A stretch of DNA of 64,000 nucleotides, from contig CAWGLD010000002.1 of NCBI GenBank assembly GCA_963823335.1, positions 64,001-128,000 of the forward strand. The letters run 5' to 3'. The notes beneath the pieces are model-generated. The model saw only the letters and a program-made list of their open reading frames with translations. It was not told where the DNA came from and searched no databases. Origin of the DNA: an uncultured delta proteobacterium. Its GTDB lineage: Bacteria; Desulfobacterota; Desulfobacteria; Desulfobacterales; B30-G6. A program made the translations under genes and the position numbers. Below are positions 1 through 10,994 of this stretch, one piece after another (position 1 is the first letter of the stretch; every line of letters begins with the position of its first letter).

Positions 1-121
1 AAAAGAAAAAAAATGAATATCCATTATATAATCCCTTGACATAATTATTTAAAACTGCCAATTGTTATATACGTTTCTGTACCTGTTTAAACGATATATA
101 AACATAGGAGTATTTTTTACG

Positions 122-400
122 ATGGCACTTACAAAAGCGGATATCATCAATACGGTTCAAGCCGACGAAGGGTTAACAAAGCAGCAGAGTACGGATATCA
201 TCGAAACCCTTATAGAAATAATAAAAAATACACTTCAGTCCGGCGAAGATGTCCTCATCAGCGGATTCGGAAAGTTTTGCATCCGGGACAAAAATGAGAG
301 AAAGGGCCGGAACCCCGCTACGGGCGACGATTTGATGCTGGCACCGCGAAGAGTTGTGACATTCAAGTGCTCAGGTAAACTGCGGGATCGAATCAACTAA
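122..400 (+). CDS. ihfA: Integration host factor subunit alpha
   Basis: MALTKADI...ISGFGKF...KGRNPATG...RRVVTFK HU/IHF signature; AGGAG RBS upstream of ATG 122. Confidence 0.9.
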   Translation: MALTKADIINTVQADEGLTKQQSTDIIETLIEIIKNTLQSGEDVLISGFGKFCIRDKNERKGRNPATGDDLMLAPRRVVTFKCSGKLRDRIN

Positions 401-470
401 CAACTGTCCGGCCCGCGAAGCAGTTATTGCGGAAACCGGTGCAGTCTGAGATAAATAAAAGTGACACAAA

Positions 471-506
471 TAAAAATCCCTTGTATCTGCTACAAGGGAT
501 TTTTTT
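471..506. terminator. Intrinsic terminator (probably bidirectional)
   Basis: aaaaatcccttgta-tctgc-tacaagggattttttt perfect stem with T/A tails, between convergent genes. Confidence 0.8.
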
Positions 507-664
507 ATGAAACACCCAGCCTGAGGGTGAGAAAATTATCATGAAATATCCGGGGTAAACCTATAGGGGGGTTGTCAGAAAAACGTTCCGATTGAGGATC
601 TTTTTTCTGCTACAACCCCTTATGCCGCCATCCTATTTTCGGAACATTATTATGACAAGCGGTA

Positions 665-786
665 TAAGTTGAGCGATTGTCGAGGTTGCCGCAGCTACAA
701 GGAAGATGCTGTTCCGCTATAGTGTGAACTATGCGGTATGGCATCTGACGCCGTAGATGCGGTAAGATCGGCAATCGCTCATTAGG
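665..786. repeat. Long-hairpin MITE/REP-like element, copy 1
   Basis: Nearly identical to 43756-43863; nested inverted repeats (tgagcgatt/aatcgctca, ttgccgca/tgcggtaa, agatgc/gcatct). Confidence 0.8.
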
Positions 787-1260
787 TTAAACGGTCTTGA
801 TGTCAGCATCCCAGGAGCAATCGATGCCATTCTTCACGGACTGATAGGCAGGGCACATGTCCGCATAGACCTGAAGGGCTCTTTGCGCTTTTTGCAAAAG
901 ATCTTTGGGGGCCTCGAATTGATATTTTAATCGAATCTTCGTAATTCTCAAGACGCCGTCAACAGCCTCCACATCTCCTTCGACATGGGCCACCAGGTTT
1001 TCTGTCGCTGATATTCCGCGCGCATCCAGCGCACCGGCAAGGGTTCCCGTCAGTCATCCGGCAACACCGGCAACCACATGGTCGAGGGTTGCCGGGTATT
1101 CCGGGCCTTCAAGTTTTCGCCCGTATTTTTCCTGGTAGAAATCCTTGATACCGCCATGGATACCGAAGTTTATGGGCGTATCAAAGTTTTTCAAATGGGC
1201 CGTTCGATGAGCCCCGGCATGCTTTTTTATGGTCAGATAACTAGTATAGGCAACAGTCAT
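787..1260 (-). CDS. OsmC-like selenoprotein (in-frame UGA at 1054-1056 = Sec), 157 aa
   Basis: ORFs 1054-1260 and 787-993 are in the same frame, joined as VAGVAG-UGA-LTGTLAGALDARGI; UGA is at the first catalytic Cys position of OsmC/Ohr; second Cys in MCPAYQS; hairpin follows the UGA. Confidence 0.8.
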
Positions 1261-1333
1261 GATAACACCTCCTTATGGTTGTGCTTCAGATTGTAATCCA
1301 TATCCGGATTTTCCAGGCACTGAAAAATCCGGA

Positions 1334-3154
1334 TTAGTACATGGCCTCGATGAGATCACCAAAGGCTTTGTTGATAAAACTGCGCTTGACCTTCATGGTG
1401 GGGGTAACTTCACCATCCTCTTCATAGAGTTTTTTGGGCAGGATAGTAAATTTTTTGACCTGTTCTACACGGGACAGGGATTCATTGACGGTCTTGATTT
1501 CGCTTTCGATAAGTTTGTTGATCTCTTCGTGCTGAGTGAGATCCTTGTAGGTGGAAAACTGAACCTTGTGGTCCTGGGCAAACTTGACGACATTGTCTTC
1601 ATCGATGATAATCAGGCAGGACAGGAATTTACGGCGGTCTCCAATGACTACGGCATCATTGATATAAAGACTGGCCTTGAGTTTGTTCTCGATATACTGC
1701 GGGGTGATATTTTTCCCGCCTGCCGTGACAATGATATCTTTTTTACGATCGGTGATAGTCAGAAAACCGTCCTGGTCAATGGTCCCCACGTCCCCGGAGT
1801 GAAGCCAGCCGTCCACGATGGTTTCAGCGGTGGCTTGCGGGTTCTTGAAATAGCCCATGAACACACCCGGGGACTTGACGAGTATTTCTCCGTCATCGGC
1901 AATTTTGATTTCAACCCCTTTCAGGGGCAGGCCCACCGATCCAAATTTGACGTGCCCGATTTCGGAGGTCGTGGTGACGCCGGTACCCTCGGTCTGGCCA
2001 TAGCCTTCCACCAGGTTGACACCGATGGAATGAAAAAAATGGAGAATTTCCGGCGCGATGGGGGCTGCACCGGAATAGGCGACCCGAACCCGGTCGAAGC
2101 CCATGCGTTCCTTGAGTTTCCGGAACACGGCGAAGTGGGCCAGACCAAATAAGAGTTTATTGGATAACGGAATCGGTTCAAAATTCATTTCCAGGGTGGC
2201 GTGTTTCTTTCCTATTTTCATGGCCGCCCCGAATACAATCCGTTTGAACCAGGTGGCATCGGACATGCGGATCATGATGGCGGAATAGTATTTTTCCCAT
2301 ATTCGCGGCACCGCGTGTGCTACGGTGGGAGAAATTTCGATCATGTTGTCCACCACCGTATCCGGACTCTCGATAAAATTGACGATATGGCCCACCTGAA
2401 AGTGGGCCAGAATGGTAAAGAGCTGTTCAAAAATATGACACAGGGGCAGAAACGACATGATGGCGTCGTCGTCAAACATGGGGTTGTTGGATGTAAGCGC
2501 GCTTCCCATCCAGACGCAGTTGCGATGCGACAGCATGGCTCCCTTGGGAGGACCGGTGGTTCCGGAGGTATAGATGAGGACGGATAGATCTTCGGGATCG
2601 ATCTGGTCAATTCTGTTTTGAAGCATGTCCGGATTTTCCTGGGCAGTCTTTTCTCCCAATACCAGCAGATCGTCGAATGACATCACCAGGGGGTCGTCGA
2701 AGTTGCGCAGGCCTTCGGTGTCCCAGACGATGACCTTTTTTAAAGCGGGCACGTTGTCTCGAAAATGCAGCCATTTGTCCAGTTGTTCTTCATTTTCGGC
2801 AAACAGGAACTTGGCATCGGCGTTGGACACTACATATTCCACCTGCTGCCAGGCGTTGGTTGAATACACACCGGCCGCGCCGGCGCCGCAGCATTGAATG
2901 CCGACACTGGCGTAGACCCATTCCGGGCAGTTGTCACCGATAATGGCAACACAGTCGCTCTTTTCGAGTCCCATGGCCATCAGTGCGCAGGCGACATTCT
3001 TGACATTCTCATGATAGTCATTCCAGGTGATGTCATGCCAGAGCCCATATTCCTTCTTGCGCATGGCCGTCCGGGAACCCCAGTTTTTAACGGCCGCCAG
3101 AAATGCGGCCGGTACGGTCTGATTTTCTGTGTTCATAGTGTTTGTTGAGTTCAT
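1334..3154 (-). CDS. Long-chain fatty acid-CoA ligase (AMP-binding)
   Basis: IYTSGTTGPPKG, EGYGQTE, GWLHSGDVG, TPTMKVKR motifs. Confidence 0.9.
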   Translation of the reverse strand: MNSTNTMNTENQTVPAAFLAAVKNWGSRTAMRKKEYGLWHDITWNDYHENVKNVACALMAMGLEKSDCVAIIGDNCPEWVYASVGIQCCGAGAAGVYSTNAWQQVEYVVSNADAKFLFAENEEQLDKWLHFRDNVPALKKVIVWDTEGLRNFDDPLVMSFDDLLVLGEKTAQENPDMLQNRIDQIDPEDLSVLIYTSGTTGPPKGAMLSHRNCVWMGSALTSNNPMFDDDAIMSFLPLCHIFEQLFTILAHFQVGHIVNFIESPDTVVDNMIEISPTVAHAVPRIWEKYYSAIMIRMSDATWFKRIVFGAAMKIGKKHATLEMNFEPIPLSNKLLFGLAHFAVFRKLKERMGFDRVRVAYSGAAPIAPEILHFFHSIGVNLVEGYGQTEGTGVTTTSEIGHVKFGSVGLPLKGVEIKIADDGEILVKSPGVFMGYFKNPQATAETIVDGWLHSGDVGTIDQDGFLTITDRKKDIIVTAGGKNITPQYIENKLKASLYINDAVVIGDRRKFLSCLIIIDEDNVVKFAQDHKVQFSTYKDLTQHEEINKLIESEIKTVNESLSRVEQVKKFTILPKKLYEEDGEVTPTMKVKRSFINKAFGDLIEAMY

Positions 3155-3265
3155 TGAGTTTAGTATCTAGTATTTTGTATTTGGTGTTTGGTTGTGAGGC
3201 ATGTGCTGCAATATCCCGACCCGTCAGAGCGGCGGAGCCGCGTCAAATAAATTCGCAAAGCGAAT

Positions 3266-4025
<760 letters not shown>

Positions 4026-4042
<17 letters not shown>

Positions 4043-4814
4043 CGTCGTCTTCTCCCAAATAGGCTCGCAATACTTCAGGATGTTTCTGAACCTCTTGCGG
4101 CGTTCCCTCGGTAATGGTTTCTCCGAAATTTATGGCCAGGATACGGTCTGAGATGTCCATGACCATGGTCATGTCGTGTTCGATCAGCAGGATGGTGATA
4201 CCCAGTTCGTCCTGGATATCCTTGACCCAGAAGATCATGTCCTGCTTTTCTTCGGCATTCATGCCGGCACAGGGTTCGTCCAGGAGCAGCAGTTCCGGTT
4301 CCAGTGCCAGGGCCCTGGCGAGTTCGATCTGTTTCTGGGTGCCGTAGGGCAGGCCACCCACGAATTTGTTGCGCGCCGACTGAAGATCCAGGAGATCGAT
4401 AATTTCTTCCACTTTTTTGCGATGGGAAGCTTCCTCTTTGCCGGCAAAGGAATTCTTCCCCCACAGAAAGGCGCCTCGGAACAGACCGGTTTTCATATAC
4501 AGATGCCGTCCGATCATGATGTTTTCCATGGCGTTCATGTTGTTGAAGAGCTCGATGTTCTGGAATGTCCGGGCAATGCCCATCCTGGCGACTTTGTCCG
4601 GTTTTTTGCCCCGGATATCGCGGTCCTTGAAAAGGATTTGGCCCTGGTTGGGTTTGTAGATACCGTTGATGCAATTGAACAGGGTGGTTTTGCCGGCACC
4701 ATTGGGTCCGATGATGGCGTAGATCTCGCCCTTCTTGACCTCGAATGAGATGTCGTCGAGTGCCTTTAATCCGCCGAAATTGATGGACAGGTTTTTTACC
4801 TCAAAAAATGCCAT
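4026..4814 (-). CDS. livG: Liv-type ABC transporter ATPase
   Basis: GPNGAGKTT, GIARTFQN, LPYG, IEHDM, AYLG. Confidence 0.9.
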
Positions 4815-4973
4815 GAAATATTTATCCTATGCAAAAATATCCTGAGAACATGGAGGCCGGATCCTGTTTCAGGTTCCAGCCTCCATGTATCAGTTTACCA
4901 ATCAACAAATAGAGCGACAATGTCGCGTCTCATTAAATCGTGACAGCAATTTTATTTACTCATGGGAATGTAG

Positions 4974-6204
4974 TCAGTCGTGAATCCAGTTAGTCAGAAC
5001 TTTGGATTTGCCGTCTGCTGTCGCTTGACCAAACAAACACCTCCTGTTGGCCGATGCGGCAAGTGGGTCATTGGGATCGAAGGGCGTATAACTGACACGA
5101 CCCATGATGCCCTGGAAATCTTTCATTTTTTCCATCTCGGCCACCAGTTTTTCACGGGTCAGATCCCGACCCACGCGCTTGAGGGCTTCCACAAACGGTT
5201 CCACATAGCCGATGCCGGCTGCAAAAGTCAGTCCCCAGCGTTCTTCCTTGGCAGCATATTTTTCAAAGGCATCCTTGCTTGTATTTTGCCAGCAACGGGA
5301 GCTGACGGGTTATTGGCATCTTCTATATTGCCAATGCCAACTGCTCCAGGGTCCATCATACCGAAAGCTGGCCAAAATGGTTCCGGCATACAGCCCTTTG
5401 GTGATGGCCATCATCAAGGGGATGATCACCACAGGTTGTTGTGGTCATCCACTGGGGATCGAACTGCATGGCCTTGCCGGTGCCGATGAGACGGGCCACA
5501 TGACCGAGGCCCGACAAAAAGAGCACTGCCTCGGCTTCAGCCTTTTTGAATTTCATGATATGGGGCTTCATGTCCGTGTCCGCCACATTCACCGGAATCT
5601 GCTCCACGAGTTCCAAACCGTACTTGGCCAGTTGCTTCTGGGCGCCTTCCAGTCCCTGTTTGCCGTAGTCATCGTTCTGGTAGGCGATGGCAAGTCTTTT
5701 AAAACCCAATGTGTTCACTGCATATTGACAAGAACTTGGGCATCCCCCAGATAGAGCGGATAGATGTTGAACAAATATTTTTGAGGCGGTTCAATCCAAT
5801 GGCGGGATCCGGCAGAAGGACCCAGCCAGGGGATTTTCCTTTCCATGAGATAATCTTTGACAGCCAGACCAGGGGCGGTGCCCACACCGGATACATAGGC
5901 AAACATACCGATTTCTTCCTGGAGTTGCTTGACACCGGCCATGGTTTTGGCCGGGTTGTAGCCATCGTCAAAATAATGGTGCACCAGCTTGCGCCCATGG
6001 ATGCCGCCTTCGGCGTTGATCATTTTGAAGTAGGCATCGGTTCCCCGGGCAACCGCTCCCCAGGGTGCTGCCGGACCGGTCATGGGTCCCCACTGGCCGA
6101 TGTGGATTTCAGTGTCTGTGACACCTTCTTCGGCTGAGGCCGTCAAGACCAGACCGAGTATCATCAGCCGTCACAGCAAAAACGCTTAAAAGATTCTTTT
6201 TCAT
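4974..6204 (-). pseudogene. ABC substrate-binding protein (Leu/Ile/Val-binding family), split by several frameshifts (probably assembly errors)
   Basis: Consecutive fragments EGVTDTEIHIG/GGIHGRK/DDGYNP, YQNDDYGKQG, EALKRVGRDLTRE lie in different frames; ATG 6204 with RBS. Confidence 0.75.
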
Positions 6205-6356
6205 CCTTCTTCTCCTTTTTTTGTTATTTGGTGTTTGGTGTATTGTATTTTCGTATTTTGTGTGTATCTGCTACTCTTCTAAGTCGATTTCGGGTGCGGT
6301 AAGATCTTCAACCTGAATCCAGATCTAAATACCTAAATCTATCTACCTATCTTAGG

Positions 6357-7236
6357 TTATACTTTCTTCACATAGTGCCTGGCAAACAAGCCGCTGGGCT
6401 TGAAACACAGCACCAGGACGATGACCACAAAAGCCACCACGGACTTGAATTCAATGGATACATAGCCACCGAAGAGATGTTCCACCACGCCCACGATATA
6501 GGCGCCGAAGACGCGCTCCGGGCAAAGAGGTCATACCCCCCACCACGGCGCCGGCGAATCCCTTGAGCATGGGGTCCCACATCATGTAGGGCTCCACCAG
6601 GACCGGCGCAATCAAAAGACCGGCCACACTTCCCACGGTAGCCGAGATACCCCAGGTAATCATGCGGATCTGGTTCGTCTTGATACCCATCAATGCGGCG
6701 GCGTTTTCGTTCTGCTGGGTCGCTTTCATGGCCACGCCGATTTTGGAGTACCTGAAAAAGAGAAACAGGATCAGCATGATGATCAGGGCCACCACCAGGG
6801 TCAGCATATCCAGGGTGCTGATGAAAATATCGCCAATGACGATACTGTCATAGGTCGAGATGGGAAAGGGCATGGCGCGCTGGTCGGCACCGAATTTCCA
6901 GGAGACAAACCCGATCAGCATCATTTCCATGACCGATGGTGATGATGATCAGACCCAGGACATTCGGTTCTTTGGCCCGTCGGAGAACGGCAAATTCCAG
7001 AAAACATCCCAGGAAAAGAGCAAAGATCAGGGTGGCGGGAAAGGCGATGTAATAGGGGATGTCCGTAAGAGTGAAAGCAGCATGAAGGCGATAAAGATCG
7101 GCAGAAGCGCCATTTCGCCCTGAACGAAATTGGGGACCTCGGAGGTCTTGTAGATCAGAACCATGCCGAGTCCCATGAGCGCATAGGAACTGCCCACGGC
7201 AATACCGCTGAGAACCATCTGTAGAAAATCGATCAT
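6357..7236 (-). pseudogene. LivH-type permease, frameshifted
   Basis: SGIAVGSSYALMGLG...NFVQGEM N-terminus; GVAMKATQQN; ends KPSGLFARHYVKKV in a different frame. Confidence 0.75.
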
Positions 7237-7418
7237 TGCATTCCTCTTAAATTATCATCACGAAAACACGAAAGAGCGAAAACACGAAAGAACGAATAAA
7301 GAGTGTTTTGTATCTGATGTTTGGTATTAGGGTTCCAGGAATCCGTAAAAGTCAGGGTCGCCCATACAACAAAACACAAAACACTACACACCAAACACAA
7401 AACACGAAATACCAAACA

Positions 7419-8471
7419 CTAATAGGGCCACATCTTCCAGTATTTCTTGGTTCGTATCCAGATACCGTAAATACCCAGGGGTTCAAAAAGCATGATCGCG
7501 ATCAGGATCGATCCGAATACGATCATCTGGATATTGGAGACGCCGGTGATGGAAAAATAGCTTTCTGGACAGGGTCTTCAAGCCATTCTCCAATATAGGG
7601 TACTCCCAGAATATTTCGCAGCTGAAGGTCGAGTAAAGCCGAGAAGACATGCGCCGGCAATGGGTCCCATCATGGAGCCGAGCCCCCCCACCACCGCCAT
7701 GGTCAGGAACATGACCGACATGAAAAGGCTGAACAGTTCCGGTTCGATAAAGCGCAGCACAAAGGCGTACAGGCCGCCGCCCACGCCCGCATAAAAGGCG
7801 CTGACGGCAAAGGCCAGTGTTTTGTAGAGCGTCAGGTTGATTCCCATGGTTTCGGCGGCGATATCGGCATCGCGGATGGCGATAAACGCCCGGCCGACTT
7901 TTGTGTGGACGAGATTGCGGGCCAGGACCGCCAGGAGGATGGTGATGGGAATCAGAAGGAAGTAAAAATCCTTGTCGGTATTCAAATGCCAGGGGCCGAT
8001 GGTCAGTTCCGGGGCGTGCAGCCCTTGACGTTCGCCCAGAATTTTAATTTTGCCGATAATCTGGGTGATGGTGATGCCGAATCCGAGTGTGGCGATGGCA
8101 AGATACGGTCCTTCCAGTCGCAGGGCAGGCAGACCCAGCAGGAATCCGAAAACAGCCGCAATAAGTCCTGCCACGGGCAGGGCCAGCAGAAACGGAAAGT
8201 GGGCGTGGGTCATCAGGGCAACGGTGCCATAGGCGCCAATGGCAAAAAAACCGGCATGCCCCATGGATATCTGTCCGGTGTAGCCCACCAGAAGGTTGAG
8301 ACCGATGACGACGATGACATTGATGGCCATGTAGTTGGCCACGTACACATAATAATTTTTGGCGACAAACGGGAAGAGGGCCAGTCCGATAACCAGAAGA
8401 CTCAGCCAGAAGGCGATGGTACCGGATGTAAAGAACTGCACATCCTCATAGTAATCCCTTTTCATGTCCAT
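7419..8471 (-). pseudogene. LivM-type permease, frameshifted near C-terminus
   Basis: GLNLLVGYTGQISMGHAGF, LRLEGPYLAIATLG, GRAFIAIRD; C-terminus WKMWPY in another frame. Confidence 0.8.
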
Positions 8472-8644
8472 GGGTGAATTCTCCTGGATGCCGGGTCAGC
8501 GATTGTTGAAATGAGAGGTCTAAATACCCATGGAACCCTGCTTTAGTCAAGAAAAAAGAATTCCCAATTCCTTAAAGTGTGATTGCAGTCTTCTGTTCAA
8601 TGGCGTATATTTAAGGTGTGTCAGGACCTATTAGGAGATACCCC

Positions 8645-8866
8645 TTGGGGAACTTTATAGACAAAATACCCTATACCCTTCTGATTATTTTGGCCGTGTT
8701 TATGCTGCTGGCGCCTTTTCGACCCATGCCTCACGTAATCGAAAAGCTGATGATGCTAAAAAACGGCACATTGTACAGACCCATCGATATCTTTGACCTG
8801 TTTTACCATCTGACGCCACTGATCGTGCTACTGATAAAGTTTTACAGAGATCGTACCCGTAACTGA
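8645..8866 (+). CDS. Small two-TM membrane protein
   Basis: AGGAG RBS before TTG 8645; hydrophobic segments with LAPFRPMPH and PIDIFDL. Confidence 0.6.
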   Translation: MGNFIDKIPYTLLIILAVFMLLAPFRPMPHVIEKLMMLKNGTLYRPIDIFDLFYHLTPLIVLLIKFYRDRTRN

Positions 8867-8880
8867 TGGTGGCCAGGATA

Positions 8881-8997
8881 TTTGGAGGCTGGGAAGCTGG
8901 GATGCCTGGATGCTGCCCCATCGGTTGGAAGCTTTAAGCCGCCCTCCAACCCTTGTATCACCCTCGGACCCTCCAACCCTTCGAACCTGAATCCTTA
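8881..8997. repeat. Degenerate 8-mer repeat tract related to 45931-46100
   Basis: Shares ggaagctgggatgcc and ccctccaaccct..tatc..cctcggaccct with the 45.9 kb tandem units. Confidence 0.6.
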
Positions 8998-9007
8998 AAC
9001 TCTCCTG

Positions 9008-9832
9008 TCACTTCACCACCCTCAACCGGTGCGTATCTTTCAGTTTATTCCACATCATCCTGATAAGCACCATGGGCAGGTTCGACTGATCCAGGTTTTC
9101 CTTCTCGGCAGCCGCCACACATGAATGGTATAGTGATGCATCCTGGGACCAGACGTCGAGTTTTTTCTTTATATACAGACCCAGGGTCAACTGAAGCGGG
9201 GCGAGCTCCTCTTTTCTCAAATTGGCCATTAGCGTACGGTCCTTCAGCTGCATCTCATTGATAATGATGTCAACGGCCGCTTGCACCGTTTTAGGTTGAA
9301 CGACCGTTTTCAGTGACTGGGCCAGAAGTTCCTGTGCTCCCATGGAATGGTTCATGCTGGTCTCTGTCAGGTTCAGAAAATAGACAGCCTGCAGAATGTC
9401 CAGCGTTGCTGAATATATTTTGTGGTCTTCTTTTTCGGTTGGGCCTGTGACATGAAGTATGTTGAGGTCGTTGTCGATGAGCCAGTCATTGATCAAGGAC
9501 GCGGCATTGAAGGCATTGGTGCTTTTCAGATCTAGATGGAGTAGTGGTGTGCTGTACCTCTGGAGCGTCTTTTTTGTGTTTTTTACGTTGCTGGATAATG
9601 TTCCATGGGAAAGCATCAAGGTTCCGTCTGACACCCGGATATTTTTTTTTAAGGCTTCAGTTGGGTTGCTTGTGGCCATTTCAGTTAGATTGTACCTGTC
9701 TGCGTTTATGCCACCGGGGTGGCTGCTTTCTTTGGGTATCCAACCGCCGCAGGCCATACCGAGTTTGATGGCCGCATCTAGAGCGGCCAGCTCTGCACCG
9801 GATCGGCCACCGGATATAATTTTCTCAATCAT
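9008..9832 (-). CDS. Putative molybdenum carrier / YpsA-SLOG family protein with C-terminal extra domain
   Basis: KIISGG.SGAELAALD.A...GGWIPK, N...SDGTL, LNILHVTGP. Confidence 0.7.
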   Translation of the reverse strand: MIEKIISGGRSGAELAALDAAIKLGMACGGWIPKESSHPGGINADRYNLTEMATSNPTEALKKNIRVSDGTLMLSHGTLSSNVKNTKKTLQRYSTPLLHLDLKSTNAFNAASLINDWLIDNDLNILHVTGPTEKEDHKIYSATLDILQAVYFLNLTETSMNHSMGAQELLAQSLKTVVQPKTVQAAVDIIINEMQLKDRTLMANLRKEELAPLQLTLGLYIKKKLDVWSQDASLYHSCVAAAEKENLDQSNLPMVLIRMMWNKLKDTHRLRVVK

Positions 9833-9834
9833 TA

Positions 9835-10927
9835 TAGGGGACGTTCCTTGGTAAATTGATAATTATACTTTATACGAATCTTAAATTGTTATCCCTTGCG
9901 ATTTTTTCTCCGCGCTTTGCGGATTGGCTTACGGTCGGCTGAGATATTTTTAAACGTTTAGACAAGTCCACCATGCTCATGCCGAGTTCCCTCGTTGCCC
10001 AGAAACACAATAAGCTTCTGGCTTTCACCCGTATGGGTTGTCTACCCTTAGACAAAACGTCAGCAATTTCGATGCCCAATATTTCAGCGACACGAGCGAC
10101 AACAGAACTAAAATTGTATCCTTTGGCTTTCAATAAATATTTATGTTCGTATTCCTCCTGGCAGGATTGAAGCACGGCTTCGATAAAATCACTGTCGCCT
10201 AAAATTCTCTCATCTCCCTTCATATACACTCTTCTTTTTCTCAACTCTTTGAGAGCGTGCCAACCGCCTACACTTCTGACGAGACCGCCACCGACGAGAT
10301 CTGGCCTTTTTCCAGCGGATATTCCTTTTTGTATGTATTCGTGGTATTGCTGACGCGCTGATGACAACCTTCCAGGAAAATAATTAAGAATGTATTCAGT
10401 AGTTTGCCAATCATTTAGCTCAGTTCCAACTATCGCTGCATGACCGCTGTACCTGTATCTATCAAGCGAATTCAAATCCAGTACAATACCAGCGCGGAGA
10501 GGGTTCAAATGGATATATCTTACCAGTTCTAAGAGATATGTGTCTTCCTGGCAAAGAATTGATTTGTATCTATTCTGAAATAGATGACCGGCACGATCAT
10601 GTTTGTGATTGAAATAAACGGCATAACCGGTCAGTAGCCGTCTCATTATAGTTGAAATCGATGTATTGCCGGTTTTCAAAAGCAAATGAACATGATTGGG
10701 CATTAATGACCAGGCAAAGCAAAATGCTGCCCCATCCTTTATGATACTTTTAAATCGCTCAATAAAATTATCTCTATCGGCATCATCTTGAAAAATCGGT
10801 TTTTTATCGATTCCTCTCATAATAATATGATGTAAAGCCCCTGGGGCATCTATTCTTGATTGGCGTGGCATATTTATTTTATTACAGAGAACTATCACGA
10901 TGTCAAGATACAAAGGAACGTCCCCTA
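9835..10927. mobile_element. RAYT/Y1-transposase element bounded by 27-bp imperfect inverted repeats
   Basis: taggggacgttccttggtaaattgata (9835-9861) versus the reverse complement of 10901-10927, taggggacgttcctttgtatcttgaca; AT-rich interior. Confidence 0.75.
9870..10871 (-). CDS. REP-associated tyrosine transposase (Y1 HuH, IS200/IS605 superfamily) with C-terminal HTH
   Basis: MPRQSRIDAPGALHHIIMRG, LMPNHVHLL (HuH), GHLFQNRYKS, YIHLNP. Confidence 0.9.
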   Translation of the reverse strand: MPRQSRIDAPGALHHIIMRGIDKKPIFQDDADRDNFIERFKSIIKDGAAFCFAWSLMPNHVHLLLKTGNTSISTIMRRLLTGYAVYFNHKHDRAGHLFQNRYKSILCQEDTYLLELVRYIHLNPLRAGIVLDLNSLDRYRYSGHAAIVGTELNDWQTTEYILNYFPGRLSSARQQYHEYIQKGISAGKRPDLVGGGLVRSVGGWHALKELRKRRVYMKGDERILGDSDFIEAVLQSCQEEYEHKYLLKAKGYNFSSVVARVAEILGIEIADVLSKGRQPIRVKARSLLCFWATRELGMSMVDLSKRLKISQPTVSQSAKRGEKIARDNNLRFV

Positions 10928-10994
10928 AAATGGTGGAGGGTGTGTAAGTGATAAAATGCTTGAAATTCTTTGATAAGCGGGGGAAGATATCAAA

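Noticed and set aside
1259-2152. Long antisense ORFs (also 38512-39384, 60826-61476, 62537-63268)
   Set aside because: Shadows of well-supported genes on the opposite strand, with no motifs.
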